A stretch of 64,000 bases of DNA from an uncultured delta proteobacterium (GCA_963816145.1 CAWFJP010000004.1:320001-384000), one strand, 5' to 3'. Counted from the first letter of the stretch, positions 19,755-29,776 are shown. The notes: a model not told the origin generated them from the sequence alone. Translations and numbers: made by a program.

Positions 19755-19808
19755 CCAGTTGACCTTTTCAACGACTGCGGGTCATGCACGCGAAGGAGGT
19801 TCTCTGGG

Positions 19809-20906
19809 ATGAGCCGTCTGTATTTTCTATGTCGAACAATAATTGTCATCGCAACTGTGTTGGCCGCGGGTGTGGCACTAGCAGATCGGGTCGAAGCAGC
19901 GAGCCTTCGTCTTGGCTGGAGCGACAACTCTAGCAACGAAAGTGGATTCAAAATTGAACGTCGCGCAGCCGGTGGAAGTTATGCTCAGCTTACGACTGTC
20001 GGCGCAAATGTTACGTCATACACTGACTCCGGCCTGACCTCTGGCCGGACATATTGCTATATTGTTCGCGCCTTCAATTCCGCCGGCACCTCGGTCCCAA
20101 CCAAGGAAGCTTGCGCGACAACTGCGTCAACATCCACGAGTAGCAGCACATCGTCAAGCACCACCACGACAACCTCGACCGGGACGACGGGTTCTACGTC
20201 AACTTCCGGCGGCAGCTCGGCGCTAACACTATTCTCTGATAATCGTGTGTTCGTCTCTCAGCAGTATTTAGACTTTCTGGATCGAGCGCCGGACTCTGTA
20301 GGATTTGCTGCATGGGTCAATGCACTGAACAGCGGGTTTCCGAAGGCGGGCCTAATCGAGAGCTTCATGGATTCTGGAGAATCCCGCATTAAGGGGAAAT
20401 TCATTGCTCAAACTTACCTGGGGATTTTTAGTCGGGATGCCGGGCATAACGAGTTTCGTGATTGGTTGGGAGCGTTGCTGCAGGGGATGTCACGGGAACA
20501 GATCGTGCAGTTTTTTTTGAACTCCGATGAGTTTAAGTCTCGGTTTGGCAGTGGTCTGACGAACAGACAGTTTGTGGAGAGGATGTACAATAACATACTG
20601 CTGCGTTCGTCTGATTATGCGGGATTAAATGGTTGGGTGTGGGCACTAAACAACGGGCAGGTGACCAGGGCGCAGGTGGCGCTGAGTTTTTTGGATTCGG
20701 ATGAATTTCAGAATCTTAGTGCCAGTCAGAACCGGGTGGACATAGCGCTTTTGTATTTCGACATGTTGCGGCGGGATCCTGATGCTGGGGGTTTTTCGGG
20801 GTGGGTCGAAGCTCTCAATTCGGGCGTACCGCTTACATCGGCAATCGATGCTTTCCTAATGTCCCGTGAATATCAAGCTCAATTCTGTAATTGCGTTCTA
20901 CAATAG
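19809..20906 (+). CDS. secreted fibronectin type III protein with Ser/Thr linker and C-terminal DUF4214-like repeats
   Basis: RBS AGGAGG, signal peptide, WSDNSSNESGFKIERR...YTDSGL...YCYIVRAFNSAG (FN3), TTASTSTSSSTSSSTTTTTSTG linker, then the same repeat module. Confidence 0.9.
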   Translation: MSRLYFLCRTIIVIATVLAAGVALADRVEAASLRLGWSDNSSNESGFKIERRAAGGSYAQLTTVGANVTSYTDSGLTSGRTYCYIVRAFNSAGTSVPTKEACATTASTSTSSSTSSSTTTTTSTGTTGSTSTSGGSSALTLFSDNRVFVSQQYLDFLDRAPDSVGFAAWVNALNSGFPKAGLIESFMDSGESRIKGKFIAQTYLGIFSRDAGHNEFRDWLGALLQGMSREQIVQFFLNSDEFKSRFGSGLTNRQFVERMYNNILLRSSDYAGLNGWVWALNNGQVTRAQVALSFLDSDEFQNLSASQNRVDIALLYFDMLRRDPDAGGFSGWVEALNSGVPLTSAIDAFLMSREYQAQFCNCVLQ

Positions 20907-21432
20907 ACGTTTAATGCCAGGCCGACTTAGTGCCGTAAACGATCCTATCAAAGTCGTTGGTTATACGACTACATGGAACGAGATTTCGAAGACGCCTCTG
21001 CCCGTTGTGAATGCTTGCCAGCGCCTGGGCTTTGCGATTGCAGGCAGCAAGCTCAACCAATGGCACTTTGACCGCGTACCCGCTCTTCCATTCCCGACAG
21101 ATCGATAAGCCCTCAGCGAAAAACGACCGACCATACGGAATTCTTCCGGCGGAATTTTTCCCAGCCGTGTTCTTCCGTCGGCAATCCGCTCACGCCGCAA
21201 GGCTAGAGCAGCTCGTTTTATGAACATTGCCGGGCTGAGTCTTGACCCTCAAGACCTCCGATCTGAACCAGACGGGTAAGGAACGGATCGTAGGAAGGAT
21301 TTTCCGATGGTGCAGTAAAATCCGAAACGCCCACCAATTGCCGGCCCCAGTACTCACCAGGTTGCTGTCGACCTCGAATGCTTCCGAGTTGACTTGATTG
21401 TTGCGAATAAGGCGTTCTATAAATTTCCATTC

Positions 21433-23334
21433 ATGGTATCTGGATCGTTTAACTTAAGGGGGCGGGGCAAGCTCAGATTATGCGAGATCGCAATTCTCTG
21501 GATCATTAATTTTGTTCTTTTACCCTTCTCAAATGCACAAACGCTAACCGACCCATCGTTGCGAGTGAGCGAGATTGTCGCTGGGTTGAGCCAGCCCACC
21601 GCGATGGCGTTTATCGGACCGGGCGACATTCTTGTGCTGCAAAAGGGAGATGGACAGGTTAAACGGGTCGTTGACGGGGTGCTGCAAGCGGCCCCGGTCC
21701 TAGATGTAACAGTCGACAATCAATCTGAACGTGGACTTTTGGGGATCGCCGTTCATCCGAACTTTCCAGCGACACCGTTTGTTTATCTTTACTACACACA
21801 AAGCAGCACCTCGACGGATACATCCGGAAACCCGTCGTCGCTCGGCAATCGCGTCTATCGTTACGCCTGGACTGGTAACGCTCTGGTCAGTCCCACTTTG
21901 ATATTGGATTTGCCGGTTACACCAGGACCGAATCATAACGGGGGCACTATGACTTTCGGTCCGGACGGCAAGCTCTATGTGGTCATCGGAGACCTGAACC
22001 GTGATGGACAACTGCAGAATTTCTCCAATGGTCCCGGCCCAGACGATACGGGGGTGATCTTCCGCATCAATGATGATGGTCGCGTTCCGATTGATAATCC
22101 ATTCTTTTCTCAAGGGGGCAATTTAGCAAAGTACTATGCGTACGGGATTCGCAACAGCTTCGGCCTGGCCGTCGATCCACTTACCGGCGAACTTTGGGAT
22201 ACCGAGAACGGACCGAACAACTTCGATGAGATTAATCTGGTGCAGCCGGGCTTCAACAGCGGCTGGAAGCGGATCATGGGTCCGGTGAGTCGTGATGCGG
22301 AAGGAACAAGTGATTTGGTTCAGTTTCCCGGCTCGCATTACGCTGACCCGAAGTTTTCCTGGCTAAATACTGTGGGACCAACTGCTATCGCTTTCATGAA
22401 ATCCCCTCTCCTGGGTGCCAAATACCAGAACGATATTTTTGTTGGAGATATCAATAACGGGAACCTCTACCATTTCGGAGTTAGCGCGACCCGAGATGGG
22501 TTTGACTTTACGAGTCTGGGACTCGCGGATCTGGTAGCGGACAGCAGTGCAGAACTCGAAGAAATTATTTTGGGAACAGGGTTCGGCGGAATCACGGATC
22601 TCAAAGTTGGACCAGACGGCTTGTTGTATGTCCTCTCATTCGGGGTGGGTAAGATATTCGTTTTATCCAGCGACTCCACGACCGAAAACGCGATCTTTGT
22701 TCGTCGGCAATATTTGGATTTTTTAGATCGGGAGCCTGGTCCGGGAGAGTTTACTGCTTGGCTAAACGCGTTGGATAGTGGGTTGGCGAGATCTAGTATG
22801 ATCGAAGCATTCATGGATTCGGGGGAATTTGACTTTAAGGGGGAATTCATCGCCCAGGTTTATTTGGGGATTTTGACTCGGGATGCTGACTATGGTGGAT
22901 TTCGGGGTTGGTTAGGGTTATTGCTCGCAGGAGCATCTGCAGAGCAGATTGTGCAGGCGTTTTTAGTCTCGGGTGAATTTCAGTCTAGGTTTGGCAGCAA
23001 TCTAACCAACGCACAGTTTGTCGAGCGGATGTACAATAATATATTGCTACGGCCGTCTGATCCTGGGGGATTTAATGGTTGGGTACAGGTATTAAACGGC
23101 GGGCAGCTGACTAGGGCACAGGTGGCGTTGAGTTTTTTGGATTCGGGAGAGTTTCAGAATCTGGATGTGAGCCAGAATAGGGTGGACCTATCGCTTTTGT
23201 ATTTCGATATGCTGCGGCGGGATCCTGATGCTGGGAGTTTTTCGGCGTGGGTAGGGGAGCTCGATGCTGGAGTACCTCTCACATCGATAATCGATGCATT
23301 TCTAAATTCCGCTGAATATAAGGCCCGGTTATAG
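21433..23334 (+). CDS. secreted PQQ-dependent glucose/sorbosone (aldose sugar) dehydrogenase with C-terminal DUF4214-like repeats
   Basis: ERGLLGIAVHPNF, NHNGG, FGPDGKLYV, AYGIRNSFGL, TENGP...DEIN. Signal peptide ending SNA-QT. Start uncertain (21394 or 21433). Confidence 0.9.
   Translation: MVSGSFNLRGRGKLRLCEIAILWIINFVLLPFSNAQTLTDPSLRVSEIVAGLSQPTAMAFIGPGDILVLQKGDGQVKRVVDGVLQAAPVLDVTVDNQSERGLLGIAVHPNFPATPFVYLYYTQSSTSTDTSGNPSSLGNRVYRYAWTGNALVSPTLILDLPVTPGPNHNGGTMTFGPDGKLYVVIGDLNRDGQLQNFSNGPGPDDTGVIFRINDDGRVPIDNPFFSQGGNLAKYYAYGIRNSFGLAVDPLTGELWDTENGPNNFDEINLVQPGFNSGWKRIMGPVSRDAEGTSDLVQFPGSHYADPKFSWLNTVGPTAIAFMKSPLLGAKYQNDIFVGDINNGNLYHFGVSATRDGFDFTSLGLADLVADSSAELEEIILGTGFGGITDLKVGPDGLLYVLSFGVGKIFVLSSDSTTENAIFVRRQYLDFLDREPGPGEFTAWLNALDSGLARSSMIEAFMDSGEFDFKGEFIAQVYLGILTRDADYGGFRGWLGLLLAGASAEQIVQAFLVSGEFQSRFGSNLTNAQFVERMYNNILLRPSDPGGFNGWVQVLNGGQLTRAQVALSFLDSGEFQNLDVSQNRVDLSLLYFDMLRRDPDAGSFSAWVGELDAGVPLTSIIDAFLNSAEYKARL
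22799..23276 (+). repeat. 478-bp direct repeat copy 2 (DUF4214-coding)
   Basis: Manual alignment with 17941-18418. Confidence 0.92.
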
Positions 23335-23472
23335 CGAACGAGGCTTCTTATTTGTGTTGGTCCTAGAATCTCTTGGGGGACGGGGGAGACAGTCCCGCAA
23401 CTAGACCCTCTATTCAGTTATCTTCCGGTGTCCTATACGTGCTTTCTGGATTGGACCCGGCAGACGTGAAGA

Positions 23473-25536
23473 GTGCGGAGCTTACATACGGTGATGGGAG
23501 AGAGCGAAAAATCTAAATTAAGACGAGACACGGTTGGCTATAGCCTTTTCCCGCACGGGACTAGGCGTGGCGAAGCTCTCGGCTTCATCAGAAACGCGAT
23601 TTACTTTCTTTTTCGTGGTCCTTCGGCAATTATTTACCAACCGCGGCGAATCGTGCGGACGATTCGCTCTGCGTTGTTTGTCCTGCGCAGAGGCGGGCTC
23701 AAGGCTTTGAGGCTTCGCCTTATGTACAGAGTCAGCGGCCAATTGGACTACGATTCTTGGATCAAAATCCACGATACCTTGACCGCTGCCGATCGCTGTG
23801 CGATCCGCCAGCATATCGAGCGGCTCGATTACAAACCTGTCATTTCGGTGATCATGCCCGTCTACAACACCGATCGGAGGTGGTTGCGAGCGGCCATAGA
23901 TTCCGTTGTTGAGCAACTTTACGACAAATGGGAGCTTTGTATCGCAGACGATGCGTCGACCGAATTTCACGTTAAGAGAATCCTCGAGGAATACCGGACT
24001 AAGGACCGGCGGATAAAGGTCATCTTCCGCGAAAAAAACGGTCATATCTCGGTTGCTTCTAACAGCGCGCTTGAACTTGCGACGGGGAAATTCGTGGCGC
24101 TACTTGACCACGATGATGTGCTGCCTGAGCATGCCTTATATACGATAGCGGTCGAGATGAACGACCATCGGGACGCAGATCTAATCTATAGTGATGAGGA
24201 CAAGATTAACGATGAAGGCCGCCGCTACGACCCCTATTTCAAACCAGACTGGAACCCAGATCTTTTTTTGTCTCAGAACTTGGTCAGCCATCTGGGAGTT
24301 TACCGCACCTCTATTATTAGACAGATCGGCGGGTTCAGGCCCGGTTACGAGGGCAGCCAGGATTGGGATCTTGCAATGCGGGTAGTCGAGAGTATCCCAC
24401 TTGTCCATATACGACATGTTCCTCACATCCTATATCACTGGCGCGCAATACGAGGATCGGCTGCTCTTACGGAGGATCAGAAGAACTACGTCCACGCAGC
24501 GCAGTTCAAGACGCTTCAATCTAACTTTGATCGTAGTGGCGACGATGTGGCAATTCTCCCGGCGGTGGGCGGGTACTGGCGCATCCGATATCCCCTGCCA
24601 CAGTCAGCGCCTCATGTCACGTTGCTTATTCCCACTCGAAATGGCCTCAGCCTTTTGCAACGATGCTTGGGCAGTCTTTTTGACAAAACAACTTATCCCA
24701 ACTTTGACGTAATCATACTTGACAATCAGTCGGATGATCCGGATATGTTGGTTTACCTCAGTGAGTTGGAGAGAACGAAGGCCGTCCAAATACTCCGCTA
24801 TGACGCACCGTTCAATTACGCCGCGATCAACAATTACGGGGTTCGACATGCGCGTGGAGAGATCATCGGTCTGCTCAACAATGATGTTGAGGTGATCTCA
24901 CCTGATTGGCTGGAAGAAATGGTAACGCATGCTCTCCGACCCGATATCGGCGCGGTAGGGGCGATGTTGTATTTTCCTGATGACACCATTCAGCATGCTG
25001 GTGTCATCCTTGGCCTCGGTGTGTATGGGGTGGCGGCCCATCCATATCAGCGTAGGCCACGAGGCTTGCAGGGCCAGATGGGGCGTGCGCTACTTGTGCA
25101 AAATCTTACTGCTGTTACTGCTGCCTGTTTAGTTTTGCGACGAGCCGTTTTCGAGGAGGTGGCAGGGATGGATGAACTCAACTTACCGGTAGCATTCAAC
25201 GACGTAGATTTATGTCTGCGCATTCGAGAAGCCGGATATAGGAATCTGTGGACTCCTTACGCGGAACTTTATCATCGCGAGTCGGCTAGTCGTGGATTTG
25301 ACGACATTCCGAATAAAAAAGTCCGTTTTCAAAAGGAGAGGGATTACATGATAAGCCGCTGGGGGGAAGTTTTGGTGAGCGATCCCGCTTATAACCCCAA
25401 TTTGGCACTGGACCAGGACGGCTTTATGCTTGCCTATCCTCCACGAGTTGCAAAACCCTGGCTTGCGGAGGAAGTTCGGCCGGGAGTAAAGGCGACGACC
25501 CAAAGTGCCGCCGCCTTTGAACGAGACTTCTCATAA
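23473..25536 (+). CDS. dual-domain GT2 glycosyltransferase (RfbC-like O-antigen polymerase type)
   Basis: ISVIMPVYNT, LDHDD, YSDEDK, FKPDWNPD, GSQDWDL. Second domain with LNNDVEV, AFNDVDLCL, HRESASRG, DPAYNPN. Confidence 0.93.
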   Translation: MRSLHTVMGESEKSKLRRDTVGYSLFPHGTRRGEALGFIRNAIYFLFRGPSAIIYQPRRIVRTIRSALFVLRRGGLKALRLRLMYRVSGQLDYDSWIKIHDTLTAADRCAIRQHIERLDYKPVISVIMPVYNTDRRWLRAAIDSVVEQLYDKWELCIADDASTEFHVKRILEEYRTKDRRIKVIFREKNGHISVASNSALELATGKFVALLDHDDVLPEHALYTIAVEMNDHRDADLIYSDEDKINDEGRRYDPYFKPDWNPDLFLSQNLVSHLGVYRTSIIRQIGGFRPGYEGSQDWDLAMRVVESIPLVHIRHVPHILYHWRAIRGSAALTEDQKNYVHAAQFKTLQSNFDRSGDDVAILPAVGGYWRIRYPLPQSAPHVTLLIPTRNGLSLLQRCLGSLFDKTTYPNFDVIILDNQSDDPDMLVYLSELERTKAVQILRYDAPFNYAAINNYGVRHARGEIIGLLNNDVEVISPDWLEEMVTHALRPDIGAVGAMLYFPDDTIQHAGVILGLGVYGVAAHPYQRRPRGLQGQMGRALLVQNLTAVTAACLVLRRAVFEEVAGMDELNLPVAFNDVDLCLRIREAGYRNLWTPYAELYHRESASRGFDDIPNKKVRFQKERDYMISRWGEVLVSDPAYNPNLALDQDGFMLAYPPRVAKPWLAEEVRPGVKATTQSAAAFERDFS

Positions 25537-25548
25537 AGTGCCGGTGAC

Positions 25549-27498
25549 ATGAAAGATGTAACGCCCCAGGTTAGTGAACCTGAGAAAAAAGTGAGCGAGT
25601 TGAAAGATAAAGTTGATCTACTGGAACGTTCGCTGCAACAAGCGCTTTACGAAAGGGATGTTTTAGAGTTTGAACTCCAGAAAATCAATAACAGTCTCTC
25701 TTGGCTGACAATAATAAAATATCGAGAATTACGTGACTGGTGTCTTCCGATCGGGACGAGACGTCGCCACGCTTACGACTCTGTACGAGGTAATCTTAGA
25801 GCGCTGATTTTACATACGGGTCCAAGCTCTGACCTTACTCGTCGGCACATTCCGGAGCAGATGGTGAGCACTCCCGAAGTTGGCTCCATCGAGCAGCCCT
25901 TGGCGAATGAGACGGTGCGACGCATGCCCATAGGGGTGTGGGGCTGGGCGGTTCTCGCTGGGCCCCTCGCGCGGGTTGACATCACAGTGGATGGGGAGGT
26001 TCAGGGGGCTGCCCGTCTCGGTGTTTACCGGCCCGAACTAGCAGTGTTGTTTCCAGGTCGACCCGATGCCATCGTTAGCGGGTTCGAGTATCTCCTTGAC
26101 TTGACGGGCCTGCCGGGAGAACGCAGCACTGTTACCTTGGGCGCGGACGCCCGCGGCCTCGACGGTTCATGTTATAAACTCTCCGAGGTCACAATCGGGA
26201 TCGGCCCTCGAGAGACCCCATACGAGGATTTCAACGGACGAACGGCCCGGCTTCGCGCAGAGCCCAGGCGCCAGGTCTCGCGAGAATCCGGGACCGGCGA
26301 GGAATCGATTCGACTACTTGCCTTCACCCATCACCTGGGATACGGAGGCGGGCAGCTGTACCTCTACGAGCTTCTGCGGCAACTCCGTCGCCAGGACGAC
26401 TTTACCAGTACGGTAGTAGCACCTGAAGACGGGCCACTACGCTCTGCAATCGAGGATTTGGGTATCCCTGTTCATGTCACTCATGGGTACCCTTACCAGA
26501 ACCTCGAGATGTTCGAGCGGCAGATCCATGAGCTTATGGCTTGGGCTCGTCCCCAGGGATTCAACGCGGCACTAGTGAACACGGTGGGTACTCTACCTGG
26601 GCCCGAGGTAGCCATTGGCCTGGACATTCCCTTCGTCTGGGCCATTCACGAGAGCTGGACGCCCCGCGTGATCTGGTCCGTGATTCATCCACCTCCCGGC
26701 GCACATCCTCAAGTCCGGCGAAGGGTCATTGATGCGCTAGGCAAAGCCGCGGCGGTCGTATTTGAAGCCGATGCCACTCGGCTCCAGTACCAGCCTTACG
26801 GTGATCCTGAGCGGTTCATCCTTGTGCCCTACGGCATCGATGTGGGTTCAGTTGATCGCTATCGGGCCTCGTTCGACCGCGTCTCGGCCCGTCGGCGCCT
26901 CGGAATTCCCAACACCGCGACCGCCATCCTCTGCATGAGCACCATTGAACCGCGCAAAGCACAAGTGCTCCTGGTCCAAGCGTTCCGGCAGGTGGCGGAG
27001 GCCCATGCCGACGCCTTCCTCATCCTGGTCGGCGATACAGGTTCCCCGTATGGCGAGGCCGTCCGGTCCTTGGTAGCTGCAGCCGGACTGCGGAAGCGTG
27101 TCATAATCTCCCGGGTGGTTCCAGAACCCTATGAGTGGTACGCAGCGGCCGACCTCTTAGTCTGCCCGTCGGATGTGGAATCGCTGCCTAGATGCGTCCT
27201 CGAAGCGATGGCATTTGAGCTCCCGGTGCTTGCGACGGAAGTGTTTGGGCTTCCGGAACTGATCAAGGATGGGGAGAACGGTTATCTCTGTCGGCCATGC
27301 GATCTCGGTGCGCTCGCCACTGCTCTGGATCGTGTGTTAAGCGAAGACAAGGAAAAGCGCCGACAGGTAGCAAGGAACGGCGCCAATTTGGTTCGCACGC
27401 GCCACGATTCGCGTGGATATGCGGACGCGTATCTGCGTCTGATGCGAGGGCTAATCCAGAACCCCGAGGCCAAACCTCGTGACCTTTTGGCCGGGTAG
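25549..27498 (+). CDS. GT4 glycosyltransferase with N-terminal coiled-coil/PxGTRR module and Ig-like domain
   Basis: HHLGYGGGQLYL, IEPRKAQ, ESLPRCVLEAMAFELPV. Ig-like segment GSIEQP...GWA...RPEL...SGF. Confidence 0.88.
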   Translation: MKDVTPQVSEPEKKVSELKDKVDLLERSLQQALYERDVLEFELQKINNSLSWLTIIKYRELRDWCLPIGTRRRHAYDSVRGNLRALILHTGPSSDLTRRHIPEQMVSTPEVGSIEQPLANETVRRMPIGVWGWAVLAGPLARVDITVDGEVQGAARLGVYRPELAVLFPGRPDAIVSGFEYLLDLTGLPGERSTVTLGADARGLDGSCYKLSEVTIGIGPRETPYEDFNGRTARLRAEPRRQVSRESGTGEESIRLLAFTHHLGYGGGQLYLYELLRQLRRQDDFTSTVVAPEDGPLRSAIEDLGIPVHVTHGYPYQNLEMFERQIHELMAWARPQGFNAALVNTVGTLPGPEVAIGLDIPFVWAIHESWTPRVIWSVIHPPPGAHPQVRRRVIDALGKAAAVVFEADATRLQYQPYGDPERFILVPYGIDVGSVDRYRASFDRVSARRRLGIPNTATAILCMSTIEPRKAQVLLVQAFRQVAEAHADAFLILVGDTGSPYGEAVRSLVAAAGLRKRVIISRVVPEPYEWYAAADLLVCPSDVESLPRCVLEAMAFELPVLATEVFGLPELIKDGENGYLCRPCDLGALATALDRVLSEDKEKRRQVARNGANLVRTRHDSRGYADAYLRLMRGLIQNPEAKPRDLLAG

Positions 27499-27635
27499 TC
27501 GTTGTCGTCGGTTCAAGGCCGTGTTGCGGCTCTGGACGAATTCGCCGCGGGTACTGTAAGGTGTTCAATTCCAGTTGACGGGTTATTATCACACGTGGTC
27601 CTGATTCTGTCACGAAGCCGGAAGGATTGGTAAAC

Positions 27636-28580
27636 ATGGCTATCAGCGGTCAAGAACGTTGGGACAAAGCATTCAGCAGTGATCACGCAAAGCCTGAGCA
27701 AATCCGCGCCATCTACACATTGGCGTCTGAACTATACTGGCATCTTTATGGCAACCGCTGCTTTGGCAATACCGGCAGTGAATACGGGTGGCTCTCGTGG
27801 CTTTATCGGGTGTACGGGCATCCACGGCCGCGCCGTGTACTCGAGCTCGGCAGCGGAAACGGTGATTTGCTGTTGGACCTGCAACGCATGAATTTTGCCG
27901 ACCAATACGTAGGTATTGATGTCTCCGCCGTTGGTGTAGAGGTCTCTCAACAAAAGGCGACCGAGGCGGGCATCTCGAACGTTCGATTTGAGGTGGGCGA
28001 TTTGAATCAGCTCCAATTAGCTCCGCTGTGCTACGATATGATTCTGGCGCAGATGTGCATCCACCACATCGAGAATCTCGAACACCTTTTTGCACAGGTA
28101 GCGCGTGCGCTTACACCCGATGGCCTATTCGCCATCTGTGACTTTGTAGGTCCCAGCCGATGGCAATTTACCCGGATGCAAATTCTGCTCGCAAATGCTC
28201 TGCTTTACTGCGTACCAGATCGATTGAAGGTAAGTCACCCTGAGGGGAACATTAAAGGTCGACTTAAGCGACCTACTATCGGTGAGATGCTGGCGATGGA
28301 TGCGTCCGAGGCGGTTCGTTCCGAGGAGATTTTACAGGTGTTCAAGCAATACTTTCGCGTCGAGTCTGTGATCGACTTCGGTGGCAGCGTTTCGATCCCC
28401 GTTTTAGATAGGATTATTAGCAACTTTCATGCAGGGGACCTAACCAGTGTTAGATGGCTTAAGTTTGTACTTTGGACAGATCATTGGGCGCGCCGTCTAC
28501 GTCTGGTTCCGCGGGTTAATCTGGTACTCGCAGGGCGCCCACGCAATGATGTGCGTAACACGTCTTTATCTACGGGATAG
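27636..28580 (+). CDS. class I SAM-dependent methyltransferase
   Basis: VLELGSGNG, GIDVS, IHHIENLE, DFVGPSRWQ, SEAVRS. Confidence 0.88.
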   Translation: MAISGQERWDKAFSSDHAKPEQIRAIYTLASELYWHLYGNRCFGNTGSEYGWLSWLYRVYGHPRPRRVLELGSGNGDLLLDLQRMNFADQYVGIDVSAVGVEVSQQKATEAGISNVRFEVGDLNQLQLAPLCYDMILAQMCIHHIENLEHLFAQVARALTPDGLFAICDFVGPSRWQFTRMQILLANALLYCVPDRLKVSHPEGNIKGRLKRPTIGEMLAMDASEAVRSEEILQVFKQYFRVESVIDFGGSVSIPVLDRIISNFHAGDLTSVRWLKFVLWTDHWARRLRLVPRVNLVLAGRPRNDVRNTSLSTG

Positions 28581-28689
28581 AGAGCACCCAAGCTATCAAG
28601 TCGCGGCATAAGCCGAGGTGCAACATGCGGGGAGACGCAGTTTAAGTCTTGGGTCTAGAAGCCGCGACGGAAAAATGACGACCGGATAT

Positions 28690-28884
28690 CAAGTCAGGAG
28701 TTTTTACCGCAAACTTGTGACTCTGGCGAGACCGCTGGTCTTCTCTAGGAAGGTCTATGAAACAGATCCTCTCGCGTGCCTGAAGTGCCCAAGCGATGCT
28801 TATCAATCCAAATTTCGGAACCAGAGAATCGTCGCTCTAATGAGGCACCTGAAGCCAAGGCAAAGCTCTAGTTTGGTCAGCTAG
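28690..28884 (+). mobile_element. decayed C-terminal fragment of an IS91-family-like transposase
   Basis: LARPLVFSRKVYETDPLACLKC...LMRHL resembles the WARL..KVYE.DPL.CP.C...IL.HL tail of these transposases. Confidence 0.55.
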
Positions 28885-28948
28885 GTAGCCGGGTTTCGCA
28901 GAGCAACGAATCGCGCCATTTTAGTTGTAATCAAAGTGGAGCGTTTAT

Positions 28949-29776
28949 TTGGAATTAAGAAACCTCAAATCACTGGTCACGAATATTCGATTGAAAGTCC
29001 GTTCTGGCGCGGAAAGGCATTACTGCCCTTTATGTAATCAACAGGTTAAAAACTATCTACCATTGCCTGACTTCTATTTAGATAATCTCCGAAAGTATGG
29101 CTGGAAATATAGTTTTGAAGACTCTGAATTCTGCAACGTAAAAAATTATTTATGTCCTTCTTGCGGTGCCAGTGATCGTGACAGATTGTACGCCTTGTAT
29201 CTAAAGCGATATTTCGCCAAAACTCGACGTGAAAATGCCATCAGGATCGTTGATTTTGCGCCCTCACCGCAGTTAACGGCTTTTATCAAGAATTTGGCGA
29301 CCGCATTAAATCAAAACATCACCTATCGGAGTGCCGATTTGTTCATGCAGGAGGCGGATGACAGGGTTGATATAATGGATATGACAATCTACCCGGACAA
29401 GCACTTTGATTTTTTTGTCTGTTCGCACATGCTTGAGCACGTCGTCGATGATCGGAAGGCGCTACGAGAATTATACAGAATCTTAAAGTGGGGCGGACAG
29501 GGCATCTTAGTTGTACCGATTGTGCTGAGCATTGATGAAATTGATGAAGACCCTTCAGTGACCGACGTCGCCGAGCGGTGGCGGCGGTTCGGGCAAGATG
29601 ACCACGTGCGGTTGTATTCCAAGCAAGGGTTCTTAAGAAGAATAGAGGAAGCAGGATTTGTCGTTCATCAGCTTGGTCAGAAATTCTTTGGCAAAAAAGT
29701 GTTCACGCAGAACGGCATTACGCCGCAGAGTGTCTTATACATAGTAGAGAAAACGGAGCACTGCGAACTCCCGTGA
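28949..29776 (+). CDS. methyltransferase type 11 family protein with N-terminal CxxC pairs
   Basis: CPLC, CPSCGASDRDR, DFAP, CSHMLEHVVDDRKALREL, FGQDDHVRLY. Confidence 0.85.
   Translation: MELRNLKSLVTNIRLKVRSGAERHYCPLCNQQVKNYLPLPDFYLDNLRKYGWKYSFEDSEFCNVKNYLCPSCGASDRDRLYALYLKRYFAKTRRENAIRIVDFAPSPQLTAFIKNLATALNQNITYRSADLFMQEADDRVDIMDMTIYPDKHFDFFVCSHMLEHVVDDRKALRELYRILKWGGQGILVVPIVLSIDEIDEDPSVTDVAERWRRFGQDDHVRLYSKQGFLRRIEEAGFVVHQLGQKFFGKKVFTQNGITPQSVLYIVEKTEHCELP

Noticed and set aside
20907-21432. Short ORFs between the FN3 and dehydrogenase genes (and those in 18432-19093)
   Set aside because: No recognisable family, RBS or consistent frame. They may be decayed sequence but cannot be supported.
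17941-23276. Diversity-generating retroelement TR/VR pair
   Set aside because: Only 5 of the 8 mismatches involve an A in one copy (others are C/G, C/G, T/G). Both copies are coding, and there is no reverse transcriptase in the window.
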